DNA from: Laetmonice hystrix
Lineage: Eukaryota
Assembly: GCA_965235115.1 (NCBI GenBank)
Contig: OZ249436.1
Location: 54,996,001-55,060,000, forward strand
Reading direction: 5' to 3'
DNA length: 64,000 nucleotides
Positions within the stretch are counted from its first letter, which is position 1; each line of letters opens with the position of its first letter. Below are positions 1 through 12,624 of the stretch, piece after piece. Both the position numbers and the translations under genes were made by a program. Under the pieces are notes generated by a model. It made no database searches. It had not been told where the DNA came from and saw only the letters and a program-made list of their open reading frames with translations.

Positions 1-791
1 CTTGCAGCTGTCCAAATGTGATTTTTGACTGGACCTCTCCTTTAAATATCCTTGCTTTTCTGGATGTAGACATAGTGTCATCGGTCCCTACGAGAGGCTA
101 CGGTCCGCAGCAGCCATGGCCATGTTGGCCACACTTCAAGCAGAGATCGGTCACTCCGTTGACGCTGACCAACACAATGGAAGCGGAAGTGCTTGGAGTT
201 TAATCTCTTCCTTCCGTTTGGCGGTTTTCTTACAGTGAAATTACCCAGCACCTGCCTAACATAGCGGACGCGTCTGTTTGGCAAGGGACCAGGCTATAGA
301 TTAGATGGTTGACTCCACGTGCGTGCCTGTAACTATCAAGATTTTAGTAATCTCTGAAAGTAGCCAAACTGGGCCTTGAGTAATATCGCTAGTTCGACAG
401 AATCTCTACTGAAAAACGCTGGGTGATAGTAGGCTAACCATAGACAAAATTAATGTAAGTCTCGATCGATTCTCTACGACTAGAAAAATAAATCCTACAA
501 ACATGCAAGTGTTCTACAATTATGACGGTCTACTTAAAGGTGCGGAAAGATTCTTATACATCAAGAATAAGCCAGTTCCTACCTATCACCAACATCGTGT
601 GGATGATTTTGAGATCATCTGTAGTGACAAACGGGTTCAGAGGAAGCACATGTCTACCTAGTTTGAAAACGACAATAGATAAATAGCTATCATCCCTTCG
701 ACGCCGATCTGACATTTCAATTTGAGAGGGGAATTCCGTCACGTGACTTTGGACGCCTCTCCCTGGGATTTAAGGCTTGTCACACACAGCT

Positions 792-1408
792 CACACATAT
801 TCACCAGGTGGCGCCAGTTATTTCCTCAAACTGGTACTCACAGCACATGGTGCTTCACCCCCAGAAACCGGGGGTTCGCGGAGCAATACCGGGAATTCCG
901 GCACAGCTCATTCTCTGTTTGGTGGATCCACCATCATAGTAGGACAACATCGGTGATGAAAAGGATGAATTGTAATAGGTATAAATTATACGAATGATCT
1001 TCGTAGCTCAACCCAGTAGTTACAATAAACACAATTTGGTTACAGAAATCAAACGCTTAATCAAGAGAGTATAAAGCTCGTTCTGTTTGCAACTCCTCCC
1101 CCGCCCCTGGTACCGTCAACAACAACATTGGCGCGTTGACAGCTGACAGGAGACTGGGATCAGAAGTAATTCGCTTTGTAAGCTGACGTCAGTCAAATGT
1201 TAACTCTAGAATCACCCTATCATCAAACAGTGTACGAGTCATTACTACACTAGCTTTCACTTGAAATTGGTCACAACTTCCGACTTTACCAAAATCATAA
1301 ATTCTATTTATTCCGATGATGGCCGCCATTTTGGCCTACTTTTCTCCCATGAAGCTTTGCGCAGTATACGAGTGAGTATTTACGGAAATCCGGGGGCACG
1401 CGAGTGTG
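792..1408. mobile_element. Non-autonomous element with CACAC...GTGTG ends, nested in the 538-1731 element
   Basis: CAGCT lies on both sides (787-791, 1409-1413), and the direct repeat extends to CAGCTCACA. About 880-1408 is repeated at ~14395-14889 and ends at the same GAGTGTG. Confidence 0.6.
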
Positions 1409-1523
1409 CAGCTCACATAGGCTACAGCAACTCCAATGTTGTCAGCTGTCTTGAGTCCAAGAACTTGCCGTAAAACGGGGAATACCCCATGCCAAATGCC
1501 ATTCATGTGGCCAAGATTGAGAA

Positions 1524-1693
1524 AGGTACATTCCACTAACTAAAGATGTTTTTAGCAAAGACGTCTTTGGAAAGACGTCTTTGTGGGGCCAATGTTAAAG
1601 AATAGGTGGTTAGTGAAACACCCGTCGCCGCAAAGACCTCTTCGGCTTAGCTACCATTTCAAAGACGTCTTTCGGGCTTAATGGAACGCACCT
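1524..1693. mobile_element. Small MITE (Harbinger-like)
   Basis: Imperfect TIRs AGGTACATTCCACTAA / TTAATGGAACGCACCT, with repeated internal AAAGACGTCTTT palindromes. Confidence 0.55.
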
Positions 1694-2885
1694 ACTGAGG
1701 TAAAACAGTGGCAAGGATGAAAAGGTCCACGTTAAAAAGAAAGCTTTAGAGAAACACCTATTCTGCTGACACCACATCCCTTACAGTTATGCCTAATGTT
1801 CGAAGCCGTAAATTTAATTTATTTTATCATCTAGCCGCCCTATCCAATATCTCCTGGATGTATGACACCAGAATAAACCCATTACGGGAGTTGTCGAGAT
1901 GGTCATCCAGTCGGTTCGCTTAGGCTAAATATAAGCACCCCATGATATAATGTCATGTGCAAGTATTCATCCAATCAAATGTCGGCGCTGTCGGTGTGGC
2001 ATCTACGTGCATGTCGAACTGTGCAGTGAGAAAGAAAAATGAGCTGACGCAGCAACAAATAATATAACAAGGTCCATATGGGCTTGTAACACCTGTTTAA
2101 GGCCGTAAAGTATGTAACTTGTGCGGTCAATATTCTGAGCAGCGATCGAAGTGACACCTGCATATTCCCAGACCTTAGATTAATGTATTTTTCTTCTCCT
2201 TCTTCTTCCTCTTCTACTTCTAAATTGAGACGCACCTTCTCTTGAAGAAGGTTGGTCTCAGTCATCTGGCTCAAAGATGCATAGATCCTCCCTCTTCAAA
2301 GACTGAGACAAAACGCTTCTCCGAATCTAACGTTCCACTCTAATTTACCCCACCCGTCATCAGGCAGATCTGTTATTGTTGCGACCTCTCACGCCCTCTT
2401 TCAACGCCACTTGAAACGAAAGATTCCATTCTGTGACCGCTATGCCAAAGGCCAGTGATCTAGAATACTAATTATATAAGTTCAACATACATGTTCTCCT
2501 CGTGGTACTAACATCAAGGCAGCAGAGTCGGTGCCACTGGTCAGCACTAGAAGAGTCCCTACATGAAGACAGGCCACAGGTTGGTATGTAGACCATTGTC
2601 CATGGTATACCTAATTATGGCTGTCGGTATGGCGCAGGGCCCCATGAGTGAGATCTACATCCAATCAGTTTAGCAGGCAATAAATGTTGTGTAATGGCGT
2701 GCTTCCGGGAAAAGTGAGCTCCAGATATATCAGGAGCTTCTGACAGGAGTATGGTATAATGATAATGTCAAACATACATTTCCTTGCCTGATTTAACAAG
2801 GCCTACTCTTTCAGTACGGAGAGGCCCATGTTTTATCCTGTGCCATATATCTGTATTAATGTGTCCATTTTATCGTGGTACTTAC

Positions 2886-3176
2886 AATTGATATCGTTTC
2901 CCATCCGTAGTTTTTTGTTAAGATAGTTTTAATCCATGTAGATGTCGGTTGTTTGGCAAACAGATACATGTGTGTAGATGTACTAGTAGCATTAAGTCCT
3001 ACAAACCCAGTTCTAGTGTCAGTCATGACTATACTTCCATCATCCAGTGTCATCATCGGTTCTCCAGAACCACAGTGGGTGTGTGAACGTGTGTGGAGGC
3101 GGGAGGAGGGGGGGGGGGCGATCGTCTTGTGGTAAGTTATGGTATGAGATCCTATAGCCCGGCTCCCCCTCACCAT
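2886..3176 (-). CDS. Candidate first coding exon of an unidentified minus-strand gene
   Basis: A 97-codon open frame from ATG 3176 (MVRGSRAIG...TKNYGWETISI) ends in phase 0 exactly at a GTAAGT donor (2880-2885). No recognisable domain. Confidence 0.3.
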
Positions 3177-3326
3177 GCACACAGTCCAAGGTTCCTCTCA
3201 CACAGTCCCACTCCGGAAGACCACAACGTTACCACCAATACATCGTGTTTGTCGGACCATTTTGAAAGAGGTCCCACTTTTATAAAACTGACAATAAACA
3301 GCTTGCGTTATTTATTGTTCGCCCAC

Positions 3327-3327
<1 letters not shown>

Positions 3328-3373
<46 letters not shown>
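3328..3373. repeat. (CAG)n microsatellite, ~15 units
   Basis: Pure CAG run read directly. Confidence 0.97.
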
Positions 3374-3374
<1 letters not shown>

Positions 3375-4449
3375 CGAGCCGCTCCGGGTCGAGCACTTGC
3401 TACTATTATACCAAGTCCCCATCATCCCGGTAAGTATGGATCACATCCTCCGATCGCAACAGGGATGGTCCAGTGTTAGTTGAAAACTCCAGTTTCCCCC
3501 AGATCATACCCCAGCCTATAATGAGACATTAAGAAACGTGCACGTAGACAGGTGGGAGACACGGAAGCAAGCGCCTGCACCGGTTGACCCGACGCCTGTG
3601 TCTATGCTCCTCGGCCTGGACGTATCGCTTATCGCTGTCGTAAAGTGTATCGGCTGCGAGTGTCTAGAAAAATAGCAAATGTCTTAACAAATAAATCGTA
3701 TGGTTTAACTTGTCACTCAGTTATCCTGACTCTGGCGGACATGGCATCCATTTCCAAAATTATGAACGGACACATCCTCCGTTTCCAAAGTTATGTGATA
3801 CATGACTAGACGATAAAAATCAAACTCACACATCGAGACAACACCCTACTAATTTCGATTAGTGCCAAGGTTACTTTTACGTGAAACTCGGCAGCAAGCA
3901 ACAACCACTCCGCCACCGAGTTACGATTCACGAACGACACGTGTTCTCTCAATGTGTTTATCTGACAGAATTCCACCGTATTTGGGCGTTCCCTTTTCGT
4001 AACTCAACAACAGAAAGTACATGATCTCAAGAGTCTGACCCGAAATCTCCGCGATTGTCGATGGGTTTCCATACGCACTAATGCTGTCACTTTGTCCTCT
4101 CATCCGGTTTCAAAGGTCAGCCACAGGTGGTTCCATTAACACCGGCAAGGAGTACCAGGTGCAGCATGAAGGTGCACCCACTCAGCTAAAGTATGTTCTT
4201 CACTGCATTCACGAAATAAAAGGCCTCTCTCTCTCTAACCTGGACCTTCCTCACACGCAGGGGGGGGGGGGCTATTGTGTGACGTCACGCCATCTTCAGC
4301 ATTCTGGGCGCGCGCATCTTGCACTCATTAAAGAAATGAATTGAATAAACAGATAAATACATGTATTAAAGAGCTACAATGAATCGATGTATTATGGTGA
4401 CGCAGCAAAAGAAGAAGTCGGATTAGAAAAAGCGGATAAGAATTCCTGT

Positions 4450-4470
4450 CCCTCCCTCCCTCCCTCCCTC

Positions 4471-4512
<42 letters not shown>

Positions 4513-4542
4513 CTCTATCTCTCTGTCTCTATCTCTCTCTGT
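4450..4542. repeat. (CCCT)n/(CT)n microsatellite
   Basis: Read directly. Confidence 0.95.
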
Positions 4543-4745
4543 CTATGTAGGACTATCAACAAATGGATACGGGTTACAGTAAATTTGATAAGACTGCCTG
4601 ATTTCAGAGCATGTAAAGGTTAGAAGTCAGGCTCTGTGTGAGCCAAGGTCACGATACTCCAAGTCCAAGTCTCATGACGTCATTCCCGTAGCGACACGTC
4701 TTTAACTCTTCCCTATAGTATCAGTACATGTGACACGCGCTCCTG

Positions 4746-5080
4746 TATAGGCCGTGTCACCGCTACTATAGGCCATACCACCACTACTATAGGCCGTGTC
4801 ACCGCTACTATAGGCCATGCCACCGCTACTATAGGCCATACCACCAGTACTATAGGCTGTGTCACCGCTACTATAGGCCATGCCACCGCTACTATTGGCC
4901 GTGTCACCGCTACTATAGGCCATGCCACCGCTACTATAGGCCATACCACCACTACTATAGGCCGTGTCACCGCTACTATAGGCCATGCCACCGCTACTAT
5001 AGGCCGTGTCACCGCTATAGGCCATGTCACCGCTACTATAGGCCATGCCACCGCTACTATAGGCCGTGTCACCGTTACTA
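4746..5080. repeat. 21-bp minisatellite, ~16 copies
   Basis: Unit GGCCRTGYCACCGCTACTATA. It explains the repetitive ORFs 4702..5046 and 4713..5072. Confidence 0.95.
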
Positions 5081-5643
5081 ATGTCCTAACAACATCATTT
5101 CTGTGTTAACTTCCCAATGTAATAACTGAATCCCGCCTTCATGTCCAAACAACATCATTCTGTGTTAACTTCCCAATGTAATAACTGAATCCCGCCTCCA
5201 TGTCCAAACAACATCATTCTGTGTTAACTTCCCAATGTAATAACTGAATCCCGCCTCCATGTCCAAACAGCATCATTTCTGTGTTAACTTCCCAATGTAA
5301 TAAACTGAATCCCGCCTCCATGTCCAAACAACATCATTCTGTGTTAAATTCCCAATGTAATAACTGAATCCCGCCTCCATGTCCAAACAGCATCATTCTG
5401 GTTAACTTCCCAATGTAATAACTGAATCCCGCCTTCATGTCCAAACAACATCATTCTGTGTTAACTTCCCAATGTAATAACTGAATCCCGCCTCCATGTC
5501 CAAACAACATCATTCTGTGTTAACTTCCCAATGTAATAACTGAATCCCGCCTTCATGTCCAAACAACATCATTCTGTGTTAACTTCCCAATGTAATAACT
5601 GAATCCCGCTTCCATTCTCATCATTTCTGTGTTAACTTCCCAA
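5081..5643. repeat. 59-bp minisatellite, ~9.5 copies
   Basis: Unit AACAACATCATTCTGTGTTAACTTCCCAATGTAATAACTGAATCCCGCCTCCATGTCCA. It directly abuts the 21-bp array. Confidence 0.95.
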
Positions 5644-6443
5644 GATGACGAAATAAATCCCATTTCCATGTTCTCACCGCCAGGATGCTTTCCCTGTTAA
5701 CTTCTCAATGCAATGAAATACCTTTCGGTCGTTGCGCTTGCGCCTCTTATGTGGTGGCCTACACGCCTGTCCGTCAAAAATGGATCGAGCTCAGCGAATT
5801 GCGTGCGAGTAGAGAATTTGGTGTCGGCGAGGCAGTGGGCGGGGTGTCCCGGATGATGCTGGTGTATGTAGGGAGATCCAAGGTTGGTGTGATCACTGCG
5901 GCTGCTGCGTCGTCGTCCGAACCACCTGGCTCAGGTGAGTTATGCCCCTATGAGCGGGGGCAGACCGAACAGCTGGAGCTACTCTCTCTGCATTGTTGTT
6001 AGTGTAACAGCTGTTTACGGATCCATTATGATATCTGTGACACTGGGCAAACAACCACTTGTTATACCTGGAGAAGGGCGGGCAAGGAACAGCGGTAGGG
6101 GCAGCCGCCCCCGAATGCCTCTCCCCCGCACCTTTCATCCTCGCTACCATTTGATCTCAGCCTCCAATCAGTTATCAAAGAGTTGGATTGAGCCAGCCGA
6201 TCCCTACAGGTCGTCGTGGAGCTGGTCAATGGTTAAAAGATGTGCTGACATGCGGGGGTTGGAGATCAAGTACCGGCGATTGATAATTGCAACTGTGGCA
6301 ATTTAAAGTGATCCACCAAGGCTGCGTCGTTAATACCCTCCACCCCCACCCCTTGTGCTGAGACACGTCGTACAGGTTATAAGGCAAACCAACGAATACG
6401 TAAACCGGGAGGGGGGCATGGGATCTAACTACTTTCCTTTCTA

Positions 6444-6656
6444 AAGCCGCTTTCACATGCACACGGTTTGCGGCGTGCGGCGTGCGGCGTGCGGCGTGCG
6501 GCGTGCGGCGTGCGTTTTTGCAAAAATGGAACAACTGAAAATAGATATAACCGTTCACATGCCCACGGTTTGCGGTGTGCGGCGATTTACATTGGCTACA
6601 TTATTAACAAAAACGCACGCCGCATGCCGCACACCGTATGCATGTGAAAGCGGCTT
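6444..6656. mobile_element. MITE (Harbinger-like or TA-target)
   Basis: Perfect TIR AAGCCGCTTTCACATGCA / TGCATGTGAAAGCGGCTT with TA on both sides. Internal (TGCGGCG)n repeats. Confidence 0.85.
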
Positions 6657-6781
6657 TACTATTTTTCTCATAGTAAGACAGCGTTTTTTTGGACTCCTTC
6701 TCCACCTCCGTCTTTTGTTCTGACTTTTCCTAACTTTATTACCAGATGTCCCTGATTGAACCGCCCCCTCCGATATCGTCG

Positions 6782-7167
6782 TTATAGTCAATAATACGGT
6801 GCCGAGTTGACCTCGCCACTGTGGAATTATAGTCAATAATACGGTGCCGAGTTAACCTCGCCACTGGAATTATAGTCAATAATATACGGTGCCGAGTTGA
6901 CCTCGCCACTGTGGAATTATAGTCAATAATACGGTGCCGAGTTGACCTCGCCACTGTGGAATTATAGTCAATAATACGGTGCCGAGTTGGCCTCGCCACT
7001 GTGGAATTATAGTCAATAATACGGTGCCGAGTTGACCTCGCCACTGTGGAATTATAGTCAATAATACGGTGCCGAGTTAACCTCGCCACTGGAATTATAG
7101 TCAATAATACGGTGCCGAGCTGATCTCGCCACTGTGGAATTATAGTCAATAATACGGTGCCGAGTTG
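6782..7167. repeat. 45-bp minisatellite, ~8.5 copies
   Basis: Unit TATAGTCAATAATACGGTGCCGAGTTGACCTCGCCACTGTGGAAT. Confidence 0.95.
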
Positions 7168-8174
7168 GAATTTGGTTCAACATTAATCGGTCTCAATAAA
7201 GGGCGTGGCGGGGTTGACGAAACTGTTGCCTGACAGCACCTTCAGCGTCGCATGATCTGAATTACGGAATGCCGAGATTGGAGGGGGCACACGAGTGGTG
7301 TCTATAGATACTGTGTCCCTCAGGTAGCAAAGAACGTTTAATACACGTTTTGCGTAAGTTAGAAGTAAACCGGCCCACTGCTCACTCTGAATGGAGCGTG
7401 AAGTAGCTGCATTATACAAACTTGAACCGTTCTCTTGACATGTCGACTTTGATTCAAGACTAGTGACACAAAATAATGTTCAGAAATATGGCTGAAAATG
7501 GTCAGCATATAACCAATGAAATTGTAGCATGTTAACACGGTGTAAAATAGTGAAATAGAGCTGCCTTATTCCACTGGCCCTCTAACAACCCTATAAATAT
7601 GGCATTACTGGCTCAGAGCCAGAAATAACGCCACGGCTAACGACTTGGCCTCGTTAGTGGGCTGTAATGACTGAAGCTGTTTAGCTTACAATTAATGTGT
7701 TACCAGCACGAACTATAGTGTTAAGGCAATCCGACCTTTGAATGAAAATATTGTTTTCGACATAGGCGCTTGGCATTCGGCCCACCTCGGGAATGTCCGG
7801 GCCAGATCCTCTCGGTAAAGTCGTATGATTTCATAAATGCTGCAAAACTGAATGTGTCGCGGCTGCTAAGGACGATCGAGACTGCAAATCTTCGGAAATT
7901 ATCCATCTTTCCTGATGAACAATCCCGCATTAGGCCGAATACCGACGGTCTATGAACTACTTTGCGCCGTTGCGCACTACGCGAGTTGTGATATGCCCAA
8001 ACCCGTGGAATCACTGTCATATCTCTACAGCTTGCGACGTCCGAGACCACAACGAGCGAAGCGACCGGAAGTTGGACCGAGGTTTTCCGAATGAGGCGTT
8101 TGGTAGGATCAACATGAGAGAAATATCGAGCCGACTGAGGCTAGGCCTACATCTGGCGGGCGGTCTATCTATTT

Positions 8175-8385
8175 ACCGAAATCACCGAAATCCCCCCCCC
8201 CCCCCCCAGGGAATACCGAAATCACTATTGCGAAACACCGAAATCCAACCTAAACACCGAATTCACCGTTGAGAAACACCGAAATCCAACATAAATACCG
8301 AAATCACCGTTGAGAAACACCGAAATCCAACATAAATACCGAAATCACCCAGGGAAATACCGAAATCCAACCTAAATACCGCAAC
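8175..8385. repeat. Degenerate ~41-bp tandem repeat built from ACCGAAATC sub-motifs
   Basis: Unit approx. GAAACACCGAAATCCAACATAAATACCGAAATCACCGTTGA, ~4 copies plus partial units. Confidence 0.75.
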
Positions 8386-8655
8386 CACTGTTGACGGGTG
8401 ACGGTAGATTTAGCCGCTGGTAATTTAACACGTCTACAAATCCTGGAGCGGGCATAATCTATTCCCGCACCTGTGTTTATAATCAGGGCCTGATCGCCAG
8501 CAAGTCAGAGGATCCAAGACTTCGATTAGGTTGAGGGATGGGGGCATGCCTTGACCACTCCCTGCAATAAAGTTAGATTACTTCAGAACCAAAGGTCAGC
8601 GAATGTGCTGACCAAGTGGGTTCCGAGAGACGATCGATCTCATAATACCCACGGA

Positions 8656-9147
8656 AGGTCGTTAGCAGGTTTAGTCCGGGGGAGGGGGAGGTCGTTAGCA
8701 GGTTTAGTTAGGTGGAGGGGTAGGTCGTTAGCAGGTTTAGTCCGGGGGAGGGGGAGGTCGTTAGCAGGTTTAGTTAGGTGGAGGGGGAGGTCGTTAGCAG
8801 GTTTAGTTAGGTGGAGGGGTAGGTCGTTAGCAGGTTTAGTCCGGGGGAGGGGGGGGGGGGTCGTTAGCAGGTTTAGTTAGGTGGAGGGGGAGGTCGTTAG
8901 CAGGTTTAGTTAGGTGGAGGGGGAGGTCGTTAGCAGGTTTAGTTAGGTGGAGGAGGAGGTCGTTAGCAGGTTTAGTTAGGTGGAGGGGGAGGTCGTTAGC
9001 AGGTTTAGTTAGGTGGAGGGGGAGGTCGTTAGCAGGTTTAGTTAGGTGGAGGGGGAGGTCGTTAGCAGGTTTAGTTAGGTGGGGGGGGGGGGAGGTCGTT
9101 AGCAGGTTTAGTCCTGGGAAGGGGGAGGTCGTTAGCAGGTTTAGTCC
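8656..9147. repeat. 33-bp G-rich minisatellite, ~15 copies
   Basis: Unit GAGGTCGTTAGCAGGTTTAGTTAGGTGGAGGGG. Confidence 0.95.
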
Positions 9148-12100
9148 GTTTTCTTTTTTCATCCTCCTGAATGGACCCTACTCAACGCCAATATTAGCCA
9201 TATTTCGCTCCTTTAACCCACTCGTTTCCGAAAATCCTAGATCCTTCGTATAAGTGGAGAGCCGTATAAATATGGACCAGCATGACAGGCTCTTTCACTC
9301 GTACTTTCTCGAGACAATTCTCTGGTGGACTGGCCCCGAAGGAAATTTCATTCTAAAAGAGAACTGATATTTCCCCACTGAGAACTAAATTAGGATTTCC
9401 ACCCCGTGATTTTAATTACAATTCTCTTTCTTATACCTCCCATTTTTATATATAAAAAAACAAACCAGGGGACTCAATGCGAAACATCAGTATGAAACAT
9501 GGGTCACATGGTTAAGATGAACATGTTTCCTCAGATGCTGGCTACCTCTTTGTCCACTCGTTAGACCATTTCCGCCATGTTCCGCTAGGGGTCACTAACT
9601 TTTACATTTGTTGCCATGTTGCTATGGTCCAGGTGTGATTTTACATAGACGTTTCTATCTTACGTCTATGGATTTTAAATGCAAAACTGATGTAAAGAGA
9701 CGGTTGATGAGGTAAGGTATTGATCTCCGAAATTGATAATGGCAGCTGACATTACATGGAAATGTAAGGTTTTGTCTTACTATTGTTACTATAATGAACT
9801 AATTAAATCTTTCTTGAACTCGTTTCAAGAAAAAGATCACTGATCAGGTGGACACGTAATCCACTGGATACTAATTTTAGACCTTAATAACATCAATTAA
9901 AATATTTATAGCATTAACATTAGAAAACGCCAGATTACAGTTTGTACGTGCTCAACTCCAATGGGCAATATAAACATTGATGGATTTCTGGAAATAGAAT
10001 TGTCTGCAGCAAAAAAGGTCGACGTTTGTAAACTTGTCTCAACATCATGATCGACAGGGCCACAACCAAAGCACAACTGTTAAAATTGTAGCAACACTGC
10101 GGCAATCCAGACAGTCCATGTATAGCTAGACTTAGTTCTATATCAGTCGTTGTATACAGTTGTATCCACATCAACGCTACGCCTGCCATGGTTATGTTGT
10201 TGAAAACAGATACGGCCAATAAGTTATGGGAATAGAGGCCCATTGTTTTTGTCTCAATGACATTACACACGCCTTAATTAGATTTAAGCACTATTTAACC
10301 ACTCATGGGTCACGAAATAAGATCAGTATCGTAAGTTCATTAATTAGCCGCCGTTTTCAATGAGCACACCCAATCAGGTCGCCCATGTAGGCCTTCCTGC
10401 GTTGTTTAGATTTCAAGTGGCATCGACCTTTTCTAGCTGAGCTGAGGATAGACTTGACATAACCTGTTTAGGCCCATAGATTTCGTTTGGAACGGTAAAT
10501 GTAAGACTACTGCATGTATGCTCAGCGGTGGGTATGCGTGTAACCATGTTTTCTCCGAATGATTGACGACTTTTCTGGGAGCGATTGCCGTGATGTCAGA
10601 CAAGATCACCCTGAAAGTGAACTGGGTTACGCCTGATGCCCGTACACAGAAGATAGAGTCCGTCTATCTCTCCTTCAAAAAAATCAAATCACAATCAGCA
10701 TCCCGCTCAGATAAATTATGTTGTCTAAAATGCGTGAATTAATTAAGAATCATGATAATAAGCCTAAATTCTGGTTACATCATCTACCACTAGGTGGACC
10801 TAGACGTCATTTCCCGACAGGTGGCAGCAGCGGCGCCCTCTGTGCAGGCTCCCGGACCACAAGGAGCGACGGCCGCGGCCTGATAATTTAGTGCTGAAGA
10901 TAGCACAAGCCACGCGGGCATCGCTGGACAGATACGGAGTACCGGAGTACCTCCAACCTATACGGTGATACTTGGCTGTCGGATCTCGCCCCCAGCACCC
11001 GGCCCCTCAGAAAATCCTGGCTACGCCCCTGTAATTGGTAATAAAGGTGTTCTGTAGTCATGTAAATATGAAGTACATGTTTACATTTCTATTAGTTCTG
11101 CACCCTGCAATCTTGCTAATTCGGTGTCCTCTCAGACTCAGTTGCTAACTCTTCGTATTCCAAGTCTGCTAACTCTGTACCGTATCAGTTTGCAAATTCG
11201 ACGTAGGCACTCTCAGAATTTTTAACTCTTAGTTAGTTAATTTTGCATCCGCTAAACCTGCTAATTATATACCTGCCACCTAACATCCATAATCCTGCAC
11301 CCCCACTGACAGTTTTTAATTCTGCACTCTATGACCTGGCTACTTCCTCATAATCCTACACCTTTCTAGCTATAACTAATTCTACACCCCTAAGATTGAT
11401 GATAATATTCCCCGTCACCTTCCTTATTCTCCATCACCCAATTCAAATTTGCATCATACAAGCTGACTAATTCTACGTAGACTCATTATACCCTTAGATC
11501 TACAGCTAGCTATTTGTACAAAATGTTAACGCCTTCTCTCCATACCCCGGCTCTTTCCCTCTGCCCCAGACACCCCCACAACAGAAACGAGACAATATTT
11601 CCTCGAAACACAGGACGTGCAGTTTCCAAGATCAGACAGCCACAGATAGAGGAGACCGTCGACGGGGACCTAGCCCACATACACGACCGTCAAATCATAC
11701 ACCCTCATCATTAACGTAACAAACACCAAAACCAGTAACAAAATGTGGCAACGGCAACTGAGGGAGGGGAGGGCACTATACTATAGAAGAGTCTTGCGTC
11801 TAGCTGGATTTAAATGTATCGAGTTAAATTATCCAGGTGAAATTTCATACAGGTTGGAGCTGGATGTAGTTGTTCCCTTCCCCGATAGGGCCTTTCCGAA
11901 ACATTACAAATTCAGAAAATAAAACTTTCAAAAACACAAAAACCAACAACAAAATGCAACCAAACAACAACAACCAACTATCTGGACCGTGGTTAATGTT
12001 GAGAGTTTACTGTAGACCAGGGCATGGTACTTGTATAAGGCTGCAATGCCACATTCATTAATATCCTATTTGCTCAGCCATTTGTATGGGCTCCGTTCCT

Positions 12101-12561
12101 CTTGACGTCCTCAACACAGACAACCAATCACTCAAACTGGCATATCAGGTCAGTTCATGGCAGCGTTTGGTAAGCAGAATGGTCAGCATGATTCTCATGT
12201 AGCTGCCCACGTGACGTCTTATCATTACAGGAAGCCACTGCTGGTCACGGAATCGGGGCGATTTGTTCTCTGCCCGCTAGGCGGCGCTTTGCTCCAAAAT
12301 CTCGCCCATAGCGCTCAATAACCGAGAATGAACGAGAGCTCCACATCACGGGGAGTTAATGTCAGAAGTCTATGAGGTTCTAGCACGCGATAGCGGTTCT
12401 ATAGATCATCATTAAGGCTTCAAAGTCCTAGATACTTTAGCTATAGAAATACGGAGGTATTTGTTACAGCACTGTTATGGCGGAAAAGCCGACACATGAT
12501 GTAGACCTATACTTTCTCTATCATCTCTTCGACTGAAAGCCTGCAGATAAGGATTTATGTC

Positions 12562-12624
12562 TTAAAGCAATCACCGAATCATTTTGGAGTCAGTGAAATT
12601 AGAGATACCCGGTGATTGCTTTAA
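12562..12624. repeat. Short inverted repeat (15-bp arms)
   Basis: TTAAAGCAATCACCG ... CGGTGATTGCTTTAA with a 33-nt spacer. Confidence 0.8.

Larger units (their letters stand above)
538..1731. mobile_element. Decayed non-autonomous DNA element (possibly Kolobok-like) hosting two nested insertions
   Basis: Flanked by TTAA at 534-537 and 1732-1735 and starts AGG. Segments ~565-755, ~1410-1520 and ~1693-1731 align by eye, in order, with 36867-37565. The termini are only weakly inverted. Confidence 0.5.

Noticed and set aside
4702..9162. Repetitive ORFs (MAYSSGG..., IIPQWRGQLGTVLL..., LTKPANDLPLH...)
   Set aside because: They are translations of minisatellites with periods divisible by three, open in several frames.
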